A stretch of DNA of 64,000 nucleotides from Phyllosticta citribraziliensis (taxonomy: Eukaryota): positions 2,604,001-2,668,000 of the forward strand of contig NW_027117338.1 of the NCBI RefSeq assembly GCF_038025025.1, written 5' to 3'. The notes beneath the pieces are model-generated. The model ran no database searches. It saw only the letters and a list, made by a program, of their open reading frames with translations, and had not been told where the DNA came from. The translations under genes were made by a program, and so were the position numbers. Shown here one piece after another: positions 26,087 to 36,898 of this stretch; the stretch's first letter is position 1; every line of letters begins with the position of its first letter.

Positions 26087-26383
26087 TTTATAAACCGTCG
26101 ACCTTGGTATCTCCCCAAGCTCGTATTGTGTAGAACATCCAAGCCGTTGGAGTTCTACTGCGCATGCGACTTTTTGCGGAGGTTCAAGTCCGTTATCAGC
26201 GGCAGCCCCGTTTAAACTCGGGGTTGCAGGGACACCCGCAGACTACACAAGGCTTGTCCACCCTTATCTCTACGACGCTCCCCAATTTTGAGAGATGTTT
26301 CCCCGGTGTCAATGTTTCCCTGTCGACGTCAGGCTCTTGAATGTGTAAACAACGGGCACTATCTACGCTTGAAGCGCTTATCG
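26087..26383 (-). promoter_or_regulatory. Asparaginase promoter: TATA box plus four HGATAR (AreA/Nit2-type) sites
   Basis: TTTATAAA at 26087-26094. Minus-strand TGATAA 26193-26198, AGATAA 26264-26269, AGATAG 26359-26364, CGATAA 26378-26383. Confidence 0.55.
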
Positions 26384-26644
26384 CAACCGGCATCCATCTC
26401 ATCGATCCGGCGAATGATCTCATCTCCGTTCGAGGAGAATACACGACTCTTGGCCAATCGATCTGAGGTCTGCAGCGCCGGGAAACTGAACGTCCGGCTT
26501 CTGAACTCATCTGATCACTCGCGTGGCGCATCCACTCTTGTTCGCCAAGGACAGACACGGCTTCCCCGCACATCGATTCGATCGAACGGCAATCATCCTG
26601 TCGAATACCCATCCACCTTTGGAAGGCTTACCGGCTCAAGAATC

Positions 26645-28641
26645 ATGCCGCAACAGCAAGCAAGAAAGATCTCGTAGGTTTGGCCACTGCAGTACCAAAG
26701 CTTGCTAATGACCCAATCAGCTGCAAGCGATGTCAGATCCGCAAGGTACGAGATCATTCCTTGCATGACCCGCGAATAATCCCTGCTAATGGTTTCCAGT
26801 TGAAATGCTCACGAACAGACCCATGCAAGTCGTGCCTGGCCGCCGGGCAGTATTGCGAATTTCGCGACAATGACGCCAAACGCCGTCCAGTCTCCCACGA
26901 ATACGTCATGGCGCTGGAGAACAGGATTGCCTGGTTTGAAAACTTTGTTGGAAGGTTGAAACGAGCATCATCAGCCGACCGAGATGCAATGTTGGAGGAG
27001 ATGTCGCTTCATGACCATTTACAGCCAGCCCATGATGTGGACACGTCGAAAACCACCCGACTGTGGACGCCCAGCCTGCGCATGGAGTTTGGCGGGTCAC
27101 TGATTTACCACGGACCCACGAGTATCTATCAAATGAACGAAATGGACGACTTTCCAGTCCCGGCGCCCTCCGCTGAAGCTACCCGCTTGATATGCGTTGC
27201 TCAACATTTTGGCATTCAAGAAAGCTGGATTGAGCAAGGTCTTCAAGACTTTTTCAGATGGCAATATCCGAACTGTATGTTCATCTACCGAGAAGCGTTT
27301 ATTCGAGACCACTGCGGTAATCGGTATGGTGGTCGGTACTGGTCGCTGCCACTTCTTTACTCCATGTGCGCGCTTGGAATACGAAACTCGGACGTTGAAA
27401 ATGCTGAAGATATGAGCGAAAGGTTCTTTGCGGCTGCCGAGTCAATCTCTATGGTCTCTGGTCTTGACAAGCCTTGCCTCACGACTGTTCAAGCGTTTCT
27501 CTGCATGGCCTTTTTCGAAGTCGGACGCGGAAATCTTTCCAAAGGATGGAATCTTTCAGGTATGTGGCGACTACGTGTCAGAGACGAGTCTGACCGCATC
27601 AGGAATCGCCTTTCGAATGAGTCAAGATCTGGGTTTGCAGCGCGACCCAAACCACTGGATTTCCAAAGATCCTTCCCTCACCAGTTCTGAAGATGTACAA
27701 ATCCGCCGTCGGATATACTGGGGAGCATATCTGTCAGACAAGTACTATCTGAAGGGCAAGAATCCGGCTAATCGTGTGAAGACTGATCAGTCTGTTCTTG
27801 GGAAGACCAGTCTCCCTTCACGAAGATGATGGAATGGTCGAGCCGATGGACAAATTACCGTGAGCATTTGCGGAATGGAATGTATCGACTCGGGCTGACG
27901 AATCAGCGACTTTCCGGAAATGGCGCCTTGGCTGCCCACGGGTCTTGAGCAATTCCAAAATGAGACTGAACCAACTGCAGTACCGCAACTCCTGCCCTCC
28001 TTCCAAAGCCTGGTCGAATTGGCCAAAATAATTCAACGTATGCTCACCAGCTACTTTGCGGCGGATGAGAAGAGCGCGGATGGTCAAAGTGCGAGCCAAA
28101 GTCAGATGTTCCTTGACTCGTTGAATTTGGACCTCCACCGGTGGCAAGAGTCTCTCCCAGACCCGCTGAAATGGAACAAGTGGGAGCCCACGACGGCATA
28201 CTTGTATCCCCACGTGGCAGTACTTCAGTGAGTTTCCCTTTCCACTTTTCCGCATTTGCTGACATTCTCAGCCTTATCTTAAACAGCGCCCGCCTTCGCT
28301 TGAACCTCGACGTCGCGGTGTCAAACAGCTCAACTGCGGCAAGCTCCAGATCCATGTGCCTTTCATCGATCGAAAACATCATTGCCTTGATACGAAAGTA
28401 CAGGGCGCAACACGGACTCAACAAGGCTTCACTCATTTTTGTGTATGGAATCGTGCAAGCAGCGACTGGAATCACTGTGCTCGAACAAACCGCACCTTGC
28501 GCTTCAACTCCACTACCAAGCACCTCGCAGCTGAACTTTTTGATACAGTCTCTGGAAGAGTGCTCTGCGACTTGGGGTCTGGCCACACAAGCAAAGAAGC
28601 GACTGGTTGTGGCTGCAGAAGCAATGACTCTGATGATTTGA
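26645..28641 (+). CDS. Zn2Cys6 transcription factor with fungal-specific middle homology region (NirA/Cha4/Tea1-like), 7 exons
   Basis: Spliced zinc cluster CKRCQIRKLKCSRTDPCKSCLAAGQYC; TTVQAF, GWNLSGIAFRMSQDLGL and RRRIYWGAYLSDKLISLFLGRP. Introns 26674-26720, 26746-26799, 27560-27602, 27742-27781, 27860-27907, 28228-28271. Confidence 0.9.
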
Positions 28642-28676
28642 ATCTATGGACAATTCTACCACAGACGACGCTCACT

Positions 28677-29915
28677 CTATCTCTGCAAACCCTTGTCGAG
28701 ACCCAGTTGCAAGACGTCAGCCAGCCGCTCGACATCCTCCAAGTTGTTGTAGAAAGAAAACGACACGCGAATCCCTAGACGGTAGTGCTGCACATAAATC
28801 CCGTGCTCTCGGAGATGGCTCTCCCAACCCGATTCCAACAAGCCCAGAATGTACAGATGCGGCGCGTGTCTTTCTCTGGATACGGGGCCGACGATTTCGA
28901 TCCCGAGCTGGTCGCACTTGCGTCGGAGGTCCTCTCCAAGGAAATAAAGATAGTCCTCGACCTTTTCCGGACCCATGGTATCAAGAAAGAAGGAGAGCGA
29001 TGCGTGGGCGGCGGACGCGGCGACGAAGGAAAGATTGAGATGCTCGTAACGACGTGCCGTGGGATGGTAGATGATTCGGTCTGACGGCGCCATGAGGTCT
29101 GCCCGCACGTTGGACACGGCGCCGTACCCGACGATTGGTGGATTGGGTCTCAAGGACCGCAAAGTCAAGGGCTCGACATACAGACATGCAAAACCAATTG
29201 GGCAGTTCAATCCTTTGTGGAGACTGAAGGATGCAGCAGACACACCAAGAGCTTGCACGTCGACAGCTGCAAACCCGACCTGCTGGGTCATGTCGACCAA
29301 GACGTGGATTCCTTGAGGTCTGAATGTGTCGCAGATGTCTTTGACGTTGTTCCTTTGGCCTGAATGAAACATGATGGAAGAAATTCCAATCGCTCTGGTC
29401 CGGTCGTCGACGTACGGGGCAAACGTAGACGCGTCGGCAAAACACTCTTCCCCTGACACTTGTCGGACCTCGAGACCAGCCGAACGCATGGAAAGCCATC
29501 CGTACGCGTGGTTGGGATGTTCCGTGTCGAGTATGACAACATTGTCGCCAGGAGCAAAGTCCATGGACTTGATGAAGTAGTTGAGGCCTTCTGTCGTGTC
29601 GCGGGTAAAGGCAATGTTTTCTGGCTGGGTGTTGATGTAACGCCCAACGAGTCCGCGGACCTGCTCCGTCCTTTCTTGCCATTTGGACTTTGGAGTTGGC
29701 GAGTTCGTGGCCTCATCAAGGAATAGATCGATTGCGTCGCGGATGAGGGTGTTGCATGGAGGAGCAAATGAAGAGTTGAGGTAGGTAACTCCTGGCTGAT
29801 TGACCAGAGGGACTAGCTTGCGGAATTGACTGAATAACGAAGGCAGGTCGGATTTGTGATCGCCATTCGAAAGAGGAAGCATTTTGGGATGAAGAGTCTT
29901 GGTTTGAACCGACAT
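28677..29915 (-). CDS. PLP-dependent class V aminotransferase-fold enzyme (cysteine desulfurase/CefD-like), intronless
   Basis: YLNSSFAPP, FTRDTTEGLN, EHPN, VDMTQQVG, SLHKGL (PLP lysine) and IRVSFSFYN. Start taken at M41 of the 452-aa ORF; the exact start is uncertain. Confidence 0.88.
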   Translation of the reverse strand: MSVQTKTLHPKMLPLSNGDHKSDLPSLFSQFRKLVPLVNQPGVTYLNSSFAPPCNTLIRDAIDLFLDEATNSPTPKSKWQERTEQVRGLVGRYINTQPENIAFTRDTTEGLNYFIKSMDFAPGDNVVILDTEHPNHAYGWLSMRSAGLEVRQVSGEECFADASTFAPYVDDRTRAIGISSIMFHSGQRNNVKDICDTFRPQGIHVLVDMTQQVGFAAVDVQALGVSAASFSLHKGLNCPIGFACLYVEPLTLRSLRPNPPIVGYGAVSNVRADLMAPSDRIIYHPTARRYEHLNLSFVAASAAHASLSFFLDTMGPEKVEDYLYFLGEDLRRKCDQLGIEIVGPVSRERHAPHLYILGLLESGWESHLREHGIYVQHYRLGIRVSFSFYNNLEDVERLADVLQLGLDKGLQR

Positions 29916-30355
29916 GCTAAGTTGCAGGTTGGAGGGCGATGTGATTAAATCGGACTCTCCCACGGCGAATCGACCTGAATTTGTAGTCTCAGCCCATGGA
30001 GTTTTCTTCCAACTTTGAGCACGAAAATATTTCATGGCCTGCCATGATGCTCAAATCCCGAGAAGGGCAAGTGGGGCATGGAGGGCCAACCCCGAAGTGC
30101 CCTATCGGATTTGCACATGGAGCGGCCCGCACATGAGGCGCTCCAACTCCGCACCCGTCACTCGCGGACTTCAACCTCCGTCGCTCATCAACGTGTCATT
30201 TCTCGCTCAAACTTCACCAGAGGCTCAAGATCACGAGATAATGTCAAGGTTGTCGCCTCCGCCGCAACTCCGCAGAAATGCGATAAGGTTGGGACGATAT
30301 TAATACCAGCGCGACAGCAGCACGCCACCGTTCCAACTCAACTTCTATTCCCACC

Positions 30356-32098
30356 ATGGACCGACACTCCACAGAGGCGACTGTCAAAGACCCTTCGACG
30401 GACGAGACTCGAATCTGTTCAGATGGCGTTGAAATCGGACAGGTCCAAACGAGGGACAGTCTTCACCGCGACTTCAAGTCTCGACATGTCTCCATGATTG
30501 CTGTCGCCGGCGCCATTGGCACGGGACTGATCATTGGATCCGGCACCGGACTTGTCAGAGGAGGCCCAGCGAGTCTGTTCATTGCCTACTCCATCATTGG
30601 TGCTGCCGTCTACTTCCTCATGACGGCGCTGGGAGAAATGGCAACGATGCTCCCAATGGACAAGGGGTTTTCCGGCTATGCCACACGATTTGTTGATCCT
30701 GCACTGGGGTGCGTAAACCAGTCGATCATGAGGGCAAAGCGCTGACATGACCAGGTATGCCACCGGCTGGAACTACTTTTTCAAATACGCCATTGTGCTG
30801 CCAAACAATCTGACTGCCGCCGGCATCATCATTCAGTACTGGAGACCAGATCTCAACGTGGCAATATTCATTGCATCCTTTACGGTAGTCATTGTGCTCA
30901 TCAACGTACGTCGTTCGACCTTCCGCCAACAGCACTGACGATTGCAGGTTTTGAATGTTTCCTTCTTCGGAGAAGCTGAATTTTGGATGTCGACCGTCAA
31001 GCTCATGGTCATGATCATGCTCATTCTTGCCTGTCTGATCATTTCACTGGGCGGGTCTCCGTCGGGCGATCGTATTGGATTCCGATACTGGAAGAATTCC
31101 GGCGCCTTTCAAGAATACCTCACAGACGGCTCGACCGGACGATTCCTCGGATTTTGGGCGTGCATGGTACAGGCCTGCTTTGCATACACCGGGACAGAAG
31201 TTGTCGGTGCTGCATTTGGCGAGACACCCAACCCAAGGAAGAACGTCCCCAAGGCTATCCGACAGACCCTGTGGCGTATTACATTCTTCTACGTCCTTGG
31301 CGTCTTCATCCTCGGAATGGCAGTCCCCAGCGACAATCCCAGGTTGATTGGAGGGACCAAGACGAAGGTGGGGGCTGCGGCCTCTCCTTTCGTGATTGCC
31401 ATCAGCCTGGCTGGAATAAAAGTGCTACCCGACATTTGCAACGCGTGCCTCCTCGTCTTTGTCCTCAGCGCGGCAAACTCGGATATATACATTGGCTCTC
31501 GCACGCTGTATGGACTCGCAAAAGACCACCAAGCACCACAAATACTCTACCGGACTTTGAAAAACGGAGTCCCAATCTTTGGCGTAGTCATGTCGTTGCT
31601 GTTCACATCCCTGGGCTACATGAATGTCTCCAAGTCGTCGTCCACCGTCTTTGGGTACTTCGTCTCTCTTGTCACAGTTTTTGGCACGCTCAACTGGCTT
31701 TCAGTCCTTCTCTCGTATTTGCAGTTCACCAGAGGAATGAGGGCTCAAGGTATTAGCAGAAAGATCATGCCGTATCGCGGTCCACTCCAGCCGTACGGAG
31801 CGTACTTTGCGTTGGTCATTACGATCCTGGTCACCTTTTTTAATGGTAAGATCCTGCCTCGGTAGCCGTGCAATTCGCTGACTGCCTAGGTTACAATGCT
31901 TTCATGCCAGAGTTTGCGCTGAGCAAGTTTTTGACGTGCTACATTGGCATCATTGTGTACTTGTTTAATATTTTCTTTTGGAAGTTTTTCAAAAAGACGA
32001 AGATGGTCGACTTGACGGCCATGGATCTGTACAGCGGCAGAACGGCTGACTGCGACCTGGAAAGCTCCAGCGCAAGGTGGCCGTGGTTGAAGAGGTAG
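30356..32098 (+). CDS. Amino acid permease (APC/YAT family, Dip5-like), 4 exons
   Basis: RHVSMIAVAGAIGTGLIIGSG, FGEAEFW, IGFRYW, FAYTGTEVVG and ASPFVIAI. Introns 30709-30754, 30906-30947, 31846-31889. Confidence 0.94.
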
Positions 32099-33959
32099 CG
32101 GAAACCCATTTCGATTCGCTCGTTGTTCATGAGAGGCCGTGAAAATCGTCAATGAAACATGATTCGCCAATCTTTTGACACTTATTGCTGTACGATTTCT
32201 TTCGACAAAGCGCGTCGCCTGTCTCCTTTGCTCAGCATCTGCAAAAGTCAACATCCTATCCGCCATTCCGAATCTCTGGGTAAGTCTCACATTTTCTCCC
32301 TTCAGGACTAGTCCTGACGAGCGCGGCCCCTGTCTTTGGACGTTGACCCCCAGCGGGAGCGAAGTGGAGTTTCAGTATTACGGTCTCACTTTGCAGGTGC
32401 GAGATGGTTTCCAGTTCATCAAAACGTCGGCGGCACTGTAGCCAATCAGCGTGGAAAGAGCCAAAGACGTTCCAGACACGTGATCTCCTGTAATGTTCCC
32501 CGCAGCACGTGATCTTCAGGCAACACCTACAGGTCCGGGCAGGTATGGTACGTACTGGTACTGGAAGGCACTAAGTAAGCCAGCATACCTACTATTTCAG
32601 GCAATTGACTCTCAGCTCAATTCTGCTCCCTCCGCCGGGTTTCTTCATCAACGGCGTGTCTCCCGCTGTCGACGTTCCACATATTTCGTCGGTAATCTTG
32701 GCGGGAGGCAGTGGAAGCGAGAGAGCGGCCGCGCGGCCAGGGGTATCTTCTCTGGCCATGGAACTCATCTCTCTCTTGTCCAACGACATGTAACGACAAG
32801 CCAACGGCGACCAGGGCGCGGTACGAAGCTTTGGCGGAGACAGCGAGACGTGAAACGGGCCGCGCGAGGTACAGTGCATGACATTTACATATGTACATGC
32901 GTCTGCGGCGTCGCCCGCATGCATACCGACGGCGACCACCAAAGGGTTTTTTCGTCTTGCCAGCCGACGGCGGCCGAGATGACGATCGCGTCAGGAGTCG
33001 TCCGTGTGGTGGGACGCTCGGCAACGGAGCGAGCGAAGGGACCGGCTGATGGGCCGGACGGAAGAGGCTGAGCAGTGAGCACCCAGGCACGGCATCATCA
33101 ACACCACAAGGACAGACGAATGATGGGCGTGTTTCCCTCCGGGCGCTGCTGGGCCGACCAGGGCTTGGGGCTAGCGGCCAAGCTGCCGAGCGGTGGTGCA
33201 AGCCGATTGGTAGAATGCTCAGCGTTTCACACCGGCCATCATCACGCAGATACAAACGCCAAAGCGCTGGGCCAGGAATGGGCAATTCGTGTATCAGGGA
33301 GATTTCCAGTGGAGATCCGTCCCGTCTCAGGCCAACGTGTAGCCCCAGTCGTGCTTTTTCCTTGACCCCATTCCGAATCATCATATCCCTATCCCAAACC
33401 ACCTCCCCTTGCTTCACGCCGCCCTCCACTCGCTCCTTTTGCCGTCGTGTCTTGACTCTCGCTCCCCGCCCCCTCCAACCTTCGCTTTTCCTCGTCCGTT
33501 CCGTTGCATTCATTCTCTCGCCGACGACACGGCGCCTTTGGATCCTTTCTCCCCCCGGCTTCCTGGACTTCGACACGAGCGTCGACGCCATCTCCGATAC
33601 ACTGTCCCTCCCCGGTGGATACAGCACGGGCATTGTTCAATCAAATCTAAAGGAGTAGGACTGTGCCGGCTGCAGCTTGGGTTTAAAGGAGCTTTTCCTG
33701 CTGTAGGGCTGACCGAGACCTCTCCAACTTCACCTGTCACGAGTCCGAATTAACACTGTCACAAGCAGGACCGCTGCGCTTCTACGCCTGCCTGCCATCC
33801 TGTGATAGTCCGTGCCTCCGTGACCGTCCGTTTTTCTTCAACTTGGCGCATCGCCCGCCATCCACTCTTTTACACCGACACTCGCTCGTTTGACCTCAAC
33901 CTCGCCGTCGCGCCGCCGTCTTTCATTCGCTACCTCAACACCATTACCCTCTCGCCGCT

Positions 33960-35538
33960 ATGAAGTATCACCTCGCATCCGGCGCCCTCGCCGCCCTCTC
34001 TCTGGCGGGCACCGCCAATGCCTTTTGGCGCATGCCTTGCCGTGGCCGCACCGCCCTTGAGCGCGTCGACCCCATCGTCGACCCTGGCAAGATTTCAAGC
34101 CACGCCCACTCCGTCCAGGGTAGCGGCGCTTTTGCTGAGTCGGTCACCTTTGATGACTTACGCTCCTCCAACTGCACTTCGTGCCAAGTCACTCAGGACA
34201 TGTCGGCGTACTGGTAAGCTTCGCCCAATGCTTCTGAGAGACTTCAAGCGCTGACACTTCGCGACAGGGTTCCTTCACTGCATTTCATGTACGCCAACGG
34301 AACCACTGTCCTTGTCCAACAAGATGGCGGCATGCTTGCGTAAGTAGGACACCGTCTGGCAAGCAAACCTCAAGCTGAACCCTCTCAAGCTACTACCTCC
34401 TGTACGGCGACGACCCCAAGGCCTTCCCACCCGGATTCCGCATGCTTGCTGGTGACCCGTTCCAGCGCAACTTCACCGGACTTGCTGTCCCAGACCCCGC
34501 AAAGCCGTGGACTGGCAAGGATGTCACCCAGGATGCCCTGAGGCTCAAGGCGCTCGGCTTCAACTGCCTTCACTACTCGGTCAACCCGCCCGAGGGCACT
34601 CTCTACCGTCACTTCCTGCCCGACAAGGACTTCCTCGATGAGAACTGCTCGGACGGCCTGCGTCTCGAGCTCATGTTCCCATCCTGCTGGAACGGCAAGG
34701 ACCTCGACTCGGACGACCACAAGAGCCATATGGCCTACCCTGACCAGGTCATCACCGGCGACTGCCCCAGCGGCTACGAGACGCGCCTCGTCTCGCTTCT
34801 CTACGAGGTGATCTGGAACACCCAGGCCTTCAAGGGTGTCGACGGCCAGTTCGTCCTGTCCAACGGTGACCCGACCGGTAAGCTCTTTGGTGACACTCTC
34901 AAGTTGAACAACATTAACGCCGCCTAGGTCACGGCTACCACGGTGACTTCATTACCGGCTGGGACGAGGATTTCCTCCAGAGTGCCATCAACACCTGCAC
35001 TTCCGAGAGCGGTGAAATCGAGGACTGCCCTCTCTTCAACATCCAGAGCGAGGCCGACACGCAACTCTGCAAGGCCGAGGTTCCTGAGGCCCTGGCAGAT
35101 GACAATTGCGAGGGCCCTAACCCCACTGGCATTTGTGGCGGCGTTCAAGTCCAGTACGGTCCCGCGTACGCCACCATGGGCTCATCCAACTCGAGCGCAA
35201 CTGCCACTACCGCCCCGTCCTACACTGGAAGCACTCCTCTGGTGCCGACGCTCTCGTACCAGACCAGCCAGAGGAGCTTTGCCAGCGACAAGTACGGCGG
35301 CGGTGTCACCATCGAGGCCGTCACCGGCGTCACTCCTGCGCCTTCGCCCACGCCCGTGACCACTGAACTGATCGGCACTACCACCTTCACGAGCGCCGGC
35401 GCCGTCTACGAGGTCGCCATTGAAGAAGTCGACGTCTACGTTACCGAGACTGCTACTGCCACGGCTGCAGCCAAGCACAAGCGCCACCTGCAGCGCCACC
35501 ATGCCAACCGCCGTGAGCACGGTCTGCTTGCCCAGTAA
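33960..35538 (+). CDS. Secreted DUF1996 domain protein, 4 exons
   Basis: Signal peptide; FWRMPC...RVDPIVDPG..SSHAH, CTSCQVTQDMSAYW, AFPPGFRMLAGD, LMFPSCWNG and GYHGDFITGW. Introns about 34214-34267, 34340-34389, 34878-34927. Confidence 0.9.
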
Positions 35539-36809
35539 GTGCGTGGATTTCGACCTTCTCTGCCTTTGAGCGCGTCTGCATATCAGGGACGGTGTCCAGG
35601 GCGCCTGCGGGGTTCTTTTACGTGCGACGAGGGCGGTTTCTTCCGGGGTCCTTTTCTTCTTCTTGCATTTGCCGTTGGCTTTCTTTTCTGGTTTCTGAAA
35701 ATATCCAAGCGTGAGGGCCTGGCTGAGCCCGCCTGGCGAAGCTCTTTTCTGTGTACAATATTAGTTGCAGCGTCGCTGCGGTACGTAGCCCTGCGCGTCT
35801 TCGCGGCGCCCTCTATCATGATGAAGACGGCTGTCGATACCAATGAGCAGCGCAGAAGGAGTGATGAGAGACGGATGGATGCAGTCAAAATTAGCTTCAC
35901 AGGGTCCCGTCAAGTTCAGGGTCCAGGTCCAGACGGGACGGGCGATGCCGATGCCGGCGGTGCGTGGTGGCGCGCCTCGAGACAAGCCTCCCCGCCTATC
36001 CATGACCGCCACACGCCCATGCGACAGATCACCTACTGCACTCCAACTGCCACCAGGCTTGGCTGCCGCACTCGGTTTGTGCCTACTTACTAATGGCCTT
36101 TTGCTGACTCCGTTCTGCATCCACGCGTCCAACCACTACATACCACCACCATGTGGCTGCCTGACGGCCAGAGAGTGGACCAGGTGACGTAGACTGCCGT
36201 GGCGATTGCAAACACCGAGCCTTTTCTATATCATGTCTTTTTTCTCCGACTGCTTCGTCCGCTTGCTTCTCTTACCCTCCATTTCTCCTCCCGTCGTTCC
36301 AAGACCACGCAAACCGTCGAGCCGCCTCGTCTTGCTTAGTTTCTGCTTACGCCCCTCTTCTCTAGGCAGGACCGCCGGCCAACTGCAGCAAACAGGGGTC
36401 GATTGGAACTTGGGAAGCTTCGACTCTGTCCAGCCTTTTGCCTCGCCGCATGCACCGGAAGCTTTGCGCCTAAACACCACACCGGCTGAGGCTGAATAAT
36501 TAAAATCCCGAAACCAAGGCAACCCGTTTCCCCAGCCCTCGACCATCCCAGCAACTCGACGCACCGGTTTTTGGGGGCCGTTTCCCAATTGTGTCGGTCA
36601 GACAGTCATTCAGCCCTGCGGTCAATCCCTGCAAGGCTGTGGCATGAGGCGCTAGGAAGACGTTTGCCCGCATCATCTCCACCGCTTTTGGGAGACCGAC
36701 CCACTCCAAGAGTATTGGGCACTAGGCAGCAACTGCTGGCTCATCGTTGTGTGTCTCGTTGTACCACAACACAAAGGCGGCCTCGAGGAGCCTCCAACCC
36801 GGGGTGAGA

Positions 36810-36816
36810 TATAAAA
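36810..36816 (+). promoter_or_regulatory. Candidate TATA box of the BCS1-like gene
   Basis: TATAAAA about 85 nt upstream of ATG 36899. Confidence 0.45.
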
Positions 36817-36898
36817 GTTTGGATCTTCAGCCCGTTTCATTTGGTCGACGCCGAGTCCATTCCATTCTCTCTGCCAGTTCTTTTCCTCCCCAGGCATC

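Noticed and set aside
29916..30035. N-terminal 40-aa extension of the PLP enzyme ORF
   Set aside because: It lies in the divergent promoter region and shows no family-like sequence, so a downstream Met was preferred; not fully excluded.
24225..33319. 14-bp direct repeat CCAGTGGAGATCCG (24225-24238, 33306-33319) flanking the asparaginase cluster
   Set aside because: Several 14-mer matches are expected by chance in 64 kb, and there are no terminal inverted repeats or transposase.
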